Shown here piece after piece: positions 1 through 64,000 of a stretch of 64,000 bases of DNA. Every line of letters starts with the position of its first letter. Position 1 is the first letter of the stretch. The notes under the pieces were generated by a model that was given only the letters and a program-made list of their open reading frames with translations, searched no databases and was not told where the DNA came from. Origin of the DNA: Tubiluchus corallicola. Taxonomy: Eukaryota; Animalia; Priapulida. Both the position numbers and the translations under genes were made by a program. The stretch lies in contig JAQGDQ010000116.1 of NCBI GenBank assembly GCA_030141605.1, forward strand, positions 434,001 to 498,000, in the 5' to 3' direction.

Positions 1-665
1 TTTGGGGTTACAAAATAAATGATTTAATCTTAATAAATTACAGTTTGTTATGTCTCATTTAATGTCTCTCTCTATAAAAAATAAGTTAAGAATAGTGTTG
101 TTACAGATGAGCTAAAATTAAAAAAATTGATTACAAGCTGTGTGATTTAACATAAGTCTTATGTAAAGCAATAAATAGATCAACTAAGTAAAAAAACGAA
201 CAAAATTAAGAGTGCCAGCAAGCAGCAGTACACAAATGTGCACAGGAGGCAGCAGAATATGAGATATAGCAATAGTCACTAACATGGACAGAAATGTGGT
301 AACTTTATATGAAAACACTTATAGTACAACTTTGCTTGATTCAAGAATATTAACAGATAGCATCTGTCATTATTTATGTTGATACAGCAATATTTTACGT
401 AAATTCTCTGGACTGGTATTTGTATTTCTTCATGTTCTGACCTATCTGTGAGTAGCCACTGGTCTTGTTTAGGCCAATTTATACGTAAAAAATTACTATA
501 ATAATTCAAAAGCTCCAAGGCAAGTAAGTCATTTCGCACCCTCATCACCATTCTGTCGCCTTATCCGAGGAAAACAAAATTATTAACTGACAAGCTTTAA
601 GAATGGTCTAACATAATGCTACAGTTTACGTTAGGTGAGATTTGATGACTTTACTAAGCTCCTAC

Positions 666-53367
<52,702 letters not shown>

Positions 53368-53746
53368 CTTGCTTTGCGCTCATGGAGAGCAGCTCTACAA
53401 CTTCAGAAATTTCATTTCACCAAGAGAAACTGCTAACACGTGAAACTGTCTGGTTTCAACAGTGGCTTAGTCCACACACTGTCAGTGATCCAGTTTTCGA
53501 TTAAAATGAAAAAACCCACAAAGTTGTTTTATCACGATTCTATCCAGGCATCTCCGCGGATTCTAGAAATGCCCTCATACGCGAGAGTTGATTTGTACAG
53601 TTAGCTACCGCTTCTACACATGCCCGGCCTGAAATTAAACAACGATTTAAATTACAAATTAAAATTCTTTGCGTAAACATCTGGCAATAAGCGCCCATAT
53701 AAACAGATTTGAATGATGGTTAAACCCATGAAGCTTCTTCAGCTGA

Positions 53747-53905
53747 ATGACGATATGAATTCAACTGACAATACAGTTTAATAGTTTTCTATTAATCAGC
53801 AGGGTTTTCATTAACTTATATAGCAAATGCAAAATATTGCATCTATAGTTAAACATCTGATTTTATGAGACTAGAGCCTGTATAGCGGTTATCAAAACCA
53901 AGCCT
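53747..53905 (+). repeat. ~160-bp direct repeat, copy 2
   Basis: Nearly identical to 52455-52617. Confidence 0.95.
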
Positions 53906-53907
53906 TT

Positions 53908-54017
53908 AGTAGCAGTAGTAGTAAATGTTTATCATAGTGACACATTTTCATTTACATCAACTAATGACGAAAACGAAAATGTGTCACTATGATAAATAAT
54001 TTACTACTACTACTACT
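53908..54017. repeat. 110-bp imperfect palindrome (fold-back, MITE-like hairpin) with (AGT)n/(ACT)n ends
   Basis: Arms of about 52 bp include perfect TTTATCATAGTGACACATTTTC / GAAAATGTGTCACTATGATAAA; 5-nt loop. Confidence 0.9.
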
Positions 54018-55115
54018 TCAGCTTAGGAATGCTTAAGACAAAGCATTAACATATTTATTATAACATCAAAATATTTAAAAACACAACCATTTATGCTTAC
54101 GAGTCATAGTTACAATAACTACGCATGCATTATTAATACCGCATTATTAAAAGAAGCTGGTCAGCGTAATGCTTTACTAAACATGACTGTAATTCTATCA
54201 TTTTAGTGAACACGCACACAGTGGTTTATTTTGAAAGCAAATACATATCATAAAATTAGAATATGCAAAACTTAAGATTAATTTTTGCTGTTGTTTTCTC
54301 ATAATTTCTTTGTTTTTGTTATTATTTCTGTGTCATTATAAAAATCATCTGGTGTCATCTGTCTCATTATTTCTGCGTCATTATAAAAATCAGTTTCTGC
54401 CGATTAACCAAACTCTAAAAAAATTTCTTTATAATACAACATTTAACATACAGTTCATTTGTATGGTAAGTGTAAAGAGCACATTCTGTTAAAAATGTTC
54501 TTCGCTTTTTACAAAATTCAGATTGCAAAAGGTACAAAATCGTTTAAGTCAATTTGCTGAAACCGCCAGTTTCTATGTGCAATGGTAAAACATCACATGT
54601 AAACTGTGACAACAGCGATCTCTATACCCTGTGCAAAATATGGATTTAAACAGTTTAAATGTGTTTTATTTGGCTTTATTTTGTACTTCATAAACCACTC
54701 TGTCTTATATTTTGCTAATAGTTTTGCAATCAGGGATGCTAATTATAGTTTGCAAACTAGATACATCATGTGAGAACCTGGGTAGACACCATTTAACGAA
54801 TATCTCATTTATTTCATAATTCCAACTCTTAATTACGATACTAGCAAACAAATTTCGATCCTACAAAAATATTTTTGTTAATCTGTCTGAATCACCATAT
54901 TAACAAGTCTTAACCACAAACATAACATTTCAATTTTTTGCGTATATGGCTCGGTGTCCACCCATTTGTAGCCGAATCTACGAAGACCCATCAAAGACCC
55001 ACAATGTATTTAAAGGGAAATTGGTAACTAGCATATAACCTTGTTAACAAAATAACAAATAAGGCAAAAACAACTGAAAACTTTTTAGTCTTCTGACCGA
55101 CAGCTGGGGGGGGGG

Positions 55116-55181
55116 TGAACCTTGCATTTTCTGCGTAAGTTTTTTGCAGTGGTTTTCTCACATTCTGATGGTCCATTTTAA
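55116..55181 (-). mobile_element. TTAA-flanked DNA transposon terminus (Kolobok/piggyBac-like)
   Basis: Reverse complement TTAAAATGGACCATCAGAATGTGAGAAAACC...AAGGTTCA aligns with 57176-57243. Confidence 0.55.
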
Positions 55182-57175
55182 GAATATTAAAGGTGGCCCT
55201 TCAGCAATTTGAGATAGTGGACTAAAAGCGTTATACTAGAGAAGTACATACTATAACAAACCAAAACTGCCACTTTCATGCAAATGAAAACATCAAATAA
55301 ACTACATTTAATATTTTTAACAAATAAAAAGTGATAGAGTTTTTATGTAGTCCATGGAAAATTGTGTTGGAGAATTGCACCAAAATAATTAATTACATTT
55401 GCATGTCTTTGCTCCAGAATAAGAGCAGTGCTCATCTTTAACATTGCATCTGGTTATGATTTTAACACAGGAGGCATGGTTACTGGCTACAATAGTTTTA
55501 GTGTGTCATCTTTCAAAACTGTATAATTTGTGCTCTTAACAGAAAATGTTGAGTCACCTCAACAGCTTTTTTTTCCATTGCGTATGCTTGACTGTGTGGT
55601 CATTTCATTTTCACTAAATGCTTTCATTGTAGATGACGAAGTGCACAGCCTTGCACCAGAACAAGAGCATCTCATCATTGTCAAAATTCCAATTAGTGGT
55701 AATAGTAACACCTGTTCTATGCACTTTACTGTGCCATACAACTATCCTAGTTACAGACATGGTACTGCGTACATTTTGAGTAGGCTTATCCACAGCATGC
55801 CCTTATGAATTTAGTGGCTTGAATTCCATTAAGCTGCTTTAATATTGCCAAATTCAGGAATGCCAAAACACACGCAATGTGGTTCTTTTTCCTACACTGA
55901 GTAAGTGCATTGGCTCCTATAATCTCTGGAATGATCCTTTGATGATTCTTCACTGTTTCACCATTGTCATTTACCAATTCCATGACCACTGGCATGGGCA
56001 AATTACAATAAAAAGCAATAAAACAAAACATGTCATCTTTGTTCATTACTGCCTAGTTTTATGACCCATTAAACTTTTTCTTCTCTCTACATTCTTTTCA
56101 GCCTGTTTCTTTATTTTAATGCAGTTGTGAAGTTTATTTCTTCTGCTAAGGCTGCCTAGCCAATAGCTAGTTATTTGCAGGTTACCATTGATGTTGGAAT
56201 TAGAGATAATGCATAGAACAGACCTTCAGTTCGTTTGTGTTATTGTTGAATTCCTGTAATTCTTAAATAAGTTAAACCAGTATTACGTATTTTGCTCAAA
56301 CCCACTTATACGGGACTTCCTCATCAATGCCACGTGCATTCACTGAGATTGTCTTGTAGACCCTTGCGACCACTTTCAAAATACTGTTGTACTCCAATAC
56401 CTAAGTTACCGAATTGAACACACTCAGTGATAACAGTACAAGCTTCTCATTTACCACATCAACTATTATTATTCTGAGGATGTTGTTGTGGTGTTAGAAG
56501 ATTTATCCAAACTCTTAGTTTTTTGCAAAGTTCTTGATTGAAAATAACATCTGCAATTATTCTGACTTTAGCTTCTATCCTTTATGTGCCCTGAAATATA
56601 GGCCTATCTGCCATCGTGCCTCATAACTGAAATATTCTTCTTCTGCACCACAAACATAATGAGTCAGTGTTTATCCCTTTCTCTTTTCTACTCTTTCAGT
56701 CATACAAGCATCATCATAAGTTTTATTAAATAACCTACCCAAAATGCTCGCTATGCTTTTACTTGCTATATTGTCAAGTAGAAATCCACACGGTATGTCA
56801 TAGGCACCTAGCCAAGAAAAGCAGATTAGCTAAAATTGTACAGAATTATTGTGGTTTTCCCAAACCCCATAAAAGAATGTCTAAATTTCTAGCTGTTTTC
56901 TAAACTACACCAGTTATAACTTTATGAAACAGCAGGCTTCAACTTAATACAGCAATATACATCAAGTTATTACACAAACTAATAATTACTGTACTCACAG
57001 AATGCATTATGTACATGTATACTGTAGCTCAATTTTTGAATTTCCATGTGAAAAACTAGCTACCAATTCCATTCTACGTCAGTGTCAATTTCATTTGCTT
57101 AATCATAATAGTATTGGTATGTCACAGCACATGCTTTTTCCATTGTAACTCTTTTTGTCCACAATCTCAAAATGC

Positions 57176-57243
57176 TTAAAAGGGACCATCAGAGCGTGAG
57201 AAAACTGCCGAGAAAAAACTTACATGGAAAGCGCAAAGGTTCA
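57176..57243 (+). mobile_element. TTAA-flanked DNA transposon terminus (Kolobok/piggyBac-like)
   Basis: TTAAAAGGGACCATCAGAGCGTGAGAAAACT...AAGGTTCA; inverted homologue of 55116-55181. Confidence 0.55.
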
Positions 57244-58130
57244 TGAAAAAACTGGCTTTTGGGTGCCAAACTAATATGCCGATTTAATGTCGGGTGTTCC
57301 CATTCCTGTTGCTGGCCAAACCATATAAAACTTACTGTTCCAGCTGTATAAATCCAAGTTTTTCCATTAGGCCTCTTAATTTGGGGTATTCTTTACCAGA
57401 AAATTGTTTCACTGCTAGCTAAAATGTCACCCTGTTCAAGAAGAACATTAGGAGATACATTCTATCACTAGCAAATTAGTTGCAAGAATTCTGTTTTTCT
57501 GGATTGCTGGGCGATTTATATAAAAAATCTCAATTGGCTCGTTGTAATATCAAAATTTACAGTTTATAAATGTACAAAATTTACTAACACATAATACTAT
57601 AGATGATATTTACCTAATGTTATTAAAAGTGAAACGGTGGACTGTGGACTAGTATTTACAAACAACTTTTCTAAAGTTGACTAATCTTTTATGGTGGTTT
57701 GGCTGCCTTTAGTGTGCAACACCAACTTTTCTAAAGCTATCCTTCTAAAGTTAACAATGGCCTTGTTAGATTTGCTGACTAGGATTTTGTGGCCAACTTT
57801 CCGTCTGAAATTGCCGCAGTACCTAAATAAGCAATAGTATATGGAGATGCCTCCAGGCATACCTACATTGCAAAACCAAACTAACCAGTTTTACCCATGT
57901 GTTAGTTGTAAATTATATCAGGGTATGTATACATTTTTTTTAAAAATTTGGACAGTAAACGTAGAATATCTTTGAAGTATTTGGTAGTATATTGAACAAA
58001 GAAAAATCTAGATCTTCCGGTCAAGAACTGAGAACATATATTTGTTTTTCATAAGGCTTTTTACTTGTTTTCCTATTCTTGTTATAAATAATAATAATGT
58101 ATTTGATGTGTTTTTTGTAAATATGTGTGT

Positions 58131-58429
<299 letters not shown>

Positions 58430-61400
58430 TGTTTATTGATATAAGAAATTGGTCTACCTTGTTGGCAAGTTCAGTTTCAACTATGCAAGAATTTGCAGTA
58501 AGGCGATAATGTAACAAGAAGTACTATTACATAATTACATATGCAGAATATGTCAACTATAACATCTGCAGAAATGTATACATATAATACTTATTGATAT
58601 TTAACATTAATATAATGTATTTACTTTTTTGTAGCACAGGGTCATATACACTGTAATATTTAAGATGGCATTTAACTTCACTCTTACGCAGAGTTTCATC
58701 TCTTTTTAATAGGATTTCCCATAAGTTGTCTTTATGGAAGAACATGCTTTAGATTAGCCAGAGATCTGCTCTGTGGCACAGAATTGCCTCTAATCAAGGA
58801 TAGCTGTCTATTTTTATTTGCTTATTCTGTAATAAAATGATCTAGTCCCTCTACTTAATAGTTAATTAATGCTAAGGTGCTTTTTCCCTATGTGCTCTTA
58901 TAGAAAATGAAATATAAACACTTAGAAAAAGAGACCAGTACATTGGTGTAAATGATGTACGATTATGAAAAATAATATGTCATAAGCTCCATAAAAGCTA
59001 CAACAGGGTTACAATAATAACGAACAAAAATCCAAACCAGAAAAACACAGCCAAGCATTCAATGTCTTAGATGGGGAAATGAAACAAAATTATATCACGT
59101 TTTTAAAGAATTTAGTCAAAGAAACAATGGAAAGTTTATCAAAATTGCTGTAGGAAAAGGAAAACCATTAAAGGAAAAACTGCTAATTTTGGTGACATTT
59201 TGTCAAGCATAAGGTACCAGAATTGCGGACATTATCGTTTTTAAGGCGCTAAGTATGAAGTACTATTGAATAATGGTGTATCTTTTTTAAAGAGCTATTA
59301 GTGAATTTTTATGCATACTGTAGTGTAGTGCAGTCTGCTTATCAGCAGGCCTTAATGTGTACAGCCGAAATCATTTACCGGTGCCGTTTTGTTCACTATA
59401 AACTGTTTACAGTCAAACACAATGCGTGGTTGCTTAAGTGATTATTAAGTTAATAAACAAACGCATTTAATTGAGAATAATAAATTAACTCAAATGAACG
59501 AAGTGTCTCAACTAAAACTCATATGCATCAGAAATTACGCCGTCATGATTTTTGCATCTCACTACAGAACTCTCTGTGTGCTACAAAACATGAACCACTG
59601 AAGTCTGCATTTATAAATGCATACTCACAGTCAACTAAGATTATCAACTGCTTGAATGCTGGAAGACTATATAATCGCACAACAAAACCACCTGTCCAAA
59701 ATATTGAAACACAATGGCAAGCCTAACAGTATTGGATAGACATCAACACAACTTGCTAAATCGCTAAATGAACCACCGCTCAAAATTCCTTTTTCCATTA
59801 CTGCGAGCTGTGACGCTGCCTGGAAATACTACAAGAAATCTGAATTTTGGCGCCTCCTGTTGAGCCACAATAAAACGAATCGACTGAATTCAGTTACCAA
59901 AAAGCCATAAAATGATTGCAAATTTACATTTTTTATTTTACACAAATTTAAAAAAAATAAAATCAATCATGTTTCAAAATTATGAATACCAAGCTTATAA
60001 CGAATTTTACTCAGTACTCTAGCTTACATTGGCAATAACTTCAGTAGTATTAAATAAAAAGCAAACTTAAAAAAAATCCAGAGTTCAGCTGGCTACTTTT
60101 AACCTTGAGATTGTCTTATTGGCTAACGAACCGAAAATCGTAATACTACAACTTTCGAGTGTAAAATTCACTTCAAAGTAAGCTTGCTCCAATGGCTTCT
60201 TCCAGCACCTTAGATTCACTCGTCTGTACAGTAGGTTAATCTTCTTTTGACATGATTTGCGTTATTCACAGAGCACGGTGACACTCGACCTGCTAGAAGC
60301 TGAAAGGCATTTAAAAGTGATTTCCAGCATACAAACTTTGTCCAAGCCCTGGTCCAAGTTATTTCTGACCGGCAAAATTACAGCATCTATAATGCAGGGC
60401 GTTTAAAATTTATAACGCTGCCTACCTACTAGAAAGTACAACTGTAGCATTACCATTTGTACATTGTAATCGTTATCTGCTAGTATTGACTCTACTTGAA
60501 TATTTTAGACGCTTCAATTAAGACAAAACCTTCACTATCATAATTATACGGTTTCCATACTTGGCTGACATTATAGTGACATACATGTAGATGATCCGAG
60601 AAGTCTTGCACATTAGTTAATAGTAACGTAGAACATTAAATTTCGATTTCATAGTATCATTGCAATTAATAACTTGTTATTAACATTAACAGTGCATTAC
60701 TTGTTAATTTTTTAGCAATGATATGTGTTGAAATTTTACATCACTGTAAATTAATAGTGCACTATTACTTCCATGTTAACTGCCAAAAGGAAAATCTTAT
60801 TATATATGCACACTAATACTCTTTCCTACATACATACGCATCATTGTACTAAAATGCATCTGCCACTAGTTGTATAAGTTAGACTGTGAGAGATGATATG
60901 CAGTAATTTGGGTTGTTATTACTACTCGTTCCTGTCATATTAGTATGGTCCACAAATTTGATTACATTGGCTGGAATACAGCATTAAAACACCTTAACAT
61001 TATTAGCTCCAGTACACTCCCAATGCATACCTGACAGAACGAGAGGCGTGCTACACTGACGCCTAAGATTTCAAATTGATCATCTTTACTGGTAGTAAAT
61101 CGACTGTTACAAAAACAGACAAAAACAATAATAATTCAGGTTTAAGACTATAATGGTTTGATCATCATAGAATTTATTTTCCAAAAAGTACATCTGTATT
61201 CCTAAATGGAACAGTGCAGTAAGTAGAACATACATTACACAAACATGTAACAATTGTAATACAGACCTATGTACAATTATAATTGCCTAATGCATACATA
61301 AATTATGCAATGTGTGAACTGACAGGGCTGCAAATTTCACACAATCATTCACAACCTTGTAAGAGTTATACTGTAGTTTTAAATGAATTACAATCATCGA

Positions 61401-63186
61401 TACACGTACTGTGTTTGTGCATACATTTCTTATGAGGCTTTAACGGTGTTACATGTCTGTATGGAAAAGATTATGCGTACAGTAACAAAACCTTTTTTTG
61501 TAAACTAAGTTTTAATTTCATAGATGATTTTCTTACTTCAACAGTGTTTAGTAAACCAAAAGTAGTTTGTGTAGTCTTAATAATTGTCCAATTAATGCAG
61601 AACTGCAGTGACAGTTCTATTAACCAATAATGACTAATCACAAACTATTTTGTTAGATTACCAAGCAAATCGAGAACAATAAACAAAATGCAAAATTAAA
61701 AGCATTATATGTTTTACACGTACAAAAGCCTGGATGTATACTGCGCTAACACTATTATCTCAGCAAAACTGAACAGTATAGCAAAGTGAAAGAAAGCTAA
61801 ATGTGACTTATAGTTAAACACCAAAATTAGCAACAATTTCCAATGAATTCACAAATTAGGCCATTTTACACGAATACTGACTTTACAAGACAAGTATCAT
61901 ACGTAACTGTTAACAGTTTTATCATTTATTAACTCGACTGTCAATTGAGTGACAGTTTAGACCCAAGTAACAAAACAATGAAGCATAACAAAAAATAATG
62001 ATAAAAGAGAACACGATGAGGCTAGGTAAATGTTAAAAGGAAAACAAAACCTGCAATTATTGTACAACCAAAATTATATAGTAATACATCAACTAATGTC
62101 TCCTCAAAGGAAAAAGAACACAAGACATTAAATAAAATTAAGCCTAGGAACTAGAATCTACAATGACTATCAAACAAAATAATTTGAAAAGTAAACTGGA
62201 ATGTAAAAATGAAAAATCATGATTGCTATCAATCGAAGGTAGCCGTCCTAAAATATGTATTTTACTATTAAATGAATTATTATTTAGAATAAAATTAGTG
62301 GCGTATAACTGCTGGTCTGGGCTGGCTGGCTGCACTGCCAAGTTTGAGATGTGGAGATAAATTTTCCCGAACTGTAAATGCAAAAAGCTACTGTTCATTG
62401 CCTTTTTAAAAATATATATTACGGTACTTTAAATTTGAGTTCTTTAAATTAATAATGAAAATTTTTTTAATGTTCCTCAAGGAAACTTGAAAAGTTCATA
62501 TAAGAATGTCCTGTACAAAGCAGGACTGGACACTGCTGCCGGTGCAGAACTTGAACATGACTTCTCGTTTCCCCCTATTTTTTAATATCACCCACATTGC
62601 TTTTCAAGGTTTCTGAGACTCTATTCAATCTAATTCTATATTATTAGTTAATATACAGTTCATTATAAGGTCTTTGGAACAAAAAAATTGTTAAAAATAT
62701 TACTGCAAGCAAGGATAACAGAAAAAGAGACTTTGTCAAATAACTAAATCTTCAATGAAAACTGGTTATTGTAAATAAACTGACAAAATTAACCGTAAAA
62801 TGCAGCATGACAACAAATGTAAACACTGTACAGTGAGCACAGCAGTGCAACTGGATTACGTTTGAAATGATGGCATACCTAGTTATTAATAAAAAAATTT
62901 AATATAAATTACTAAACTCTGGTGAAGAATGTACGCATCACTGATTTGAGTTCCAACAGTTCTGAATAATACATATACATAATAAAATCATATTTAATTG
63001 CTATTCAATGATTTAATAACATACGCATATAGTAAAAACTCCAATATGATTAAATTTACTATTCAGTATATACAGTAATTGTACACATGATTTCAATGAA
63101 ATGCAGGTTTAGTTTACAAGTTGTTGCTATATAACGTTATGTGTTATCGTTCTGTACAAAATTGACTAGATTTTGTTTCACGAAGA

Positions 63187-63372
63187 TCATCCATCTAAAG
63201 GTGGTCCTAGGTAAACCATTGCCACTTCAGTGTTGCCATAAACTGCTGAAACAGCTGGGTAGAGTCTAGTGGCAGGTAATCCACGAAATGCTACACCAAG
63301 GAATTCATAGTTTCTTTCAAATGCTAAAGTATTGTCATCGCAGTCAAGAATGACTCGAATTCTTTCTCCAAC
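63187..63372 (-). CDS. FBXO45: FBXO45/Fsn (F-box/SPRY protein) terminal coding exon: [61 protein letters not shown]
   Basis: tag| acceptor, 186 nt including TGA; closely matches the conserved FBXO45/Fsn C-terminus (GERIRVILD...[12 protein letters not shown]...[18 protein letters not shown]). Upstream exons lie outside the window. Confidence 0.95.
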   Translation of the reverse strand, partial: VGERIRVILDCDDNTLAFERNYEFLGVAFRGLPATRLYPAVSAVYGNTEVAMVYLGPPLDG

Positions 63373-64000
63373 CTATAAAAAATATACATGTATATAAAGG
63401 TTATGTGCCTTAGTTTGTCTACTAGTAGGTTTGGACATTAGCTATTTAATTTTAATTTAAGACAGAATAAGAAAGGACAGATCAGTGAAAATAAAGGAAG
63501 AAAAAATGTTCCATTCACCATACCGATTCTGGCTGTTTACCTCATTGAGTAACAATGTTTTCACATTCGTACGGACCAAGACACCGGTTCAATGTTCCAT
63601 CTTAAAGGGTTATCCTCAACAATGAAATAGGTTCCGGTCTTGTCACCATTATTAACATTGAGCAGACCCTACCACTGTGTACTGTATTCTGGTTTTCAGT
63701 GTACCAAAGTATAAAAAATCCTGGTTGGGGGCATTATCACGCATTTGAGGGTATTTTGGTACAATGACCATGCCTTTCAAATTTGAATCTTGTATATACA
63801 AATGTATTTTCAAACGCACAAAGATGCTCTGGTGGTCAGGGCTTCGAGCTCCGCTGGGGTCTGGCAGAGTTTACAGTACTCCTCCAGGACCCCTAAATAG
63901 TTGCTCGCATTTTTCCACGGATCATTACATGACAGTGATACCTCTGTCAATAAATCAAACAGCACTGAGTGGCTGAGACAACAAGAGAATAGCAATTCAC

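Noticed and set aside
63715-63790. Minus-strand KYPQMRDNAPNQ resembling the preceding FBXO45 exon (..PQCNNAPKYQ)
   Set aside because: No upstream WGWNLVDN motif and no donor site; probably chance similarity within repeat-like sequence.

Overview
AT-rich eukaryotic genomic DNA from an invertebrate animal. It is probably a protostome, inferred from the protein sequences rather than proven. The window holds most of a minus-strand, multi-exon phospholipase C-beta gene of the PLCB4/norpA type. I traced 28 coding exons by hand (27 firm plus one candidate cassette exon) from the ATG exon at 53284-53367 down to 666, and the gene continues beyond position 1. All splice phases are compatible and give about 1123 codons, covering the PH, EF-hand, X, X-Y linker, Y, C2 and coiled-coil C-terminal regions with the catalytic motifs intact. 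Coding intron 1 is about 24 kb and rich in repeat debris. The last coding exon of an FBXO45/Fsn (F-box/SPRY) gene lies at 63187-63372 on the same strand, upstream of the PLC gene. The most notable observations are: (1) a clear U12 (minor spliceosome) intron in the Y domain; (2) candidate frame-preserving cassette and micro-exons plus alternative splice sites concentrated in the autoinhibitory X-Y linker; (3) a composite insertion flanked by an 8-bp direct repeat, made of a local 160-bp copy and a 110-bp hairpin, which leaves the start-codon exon between direct repeats; (4) an overlapping uORF. Nearly all other ORFs in the supplied track are spurious. I found no convincing wholly new multi-gene system.
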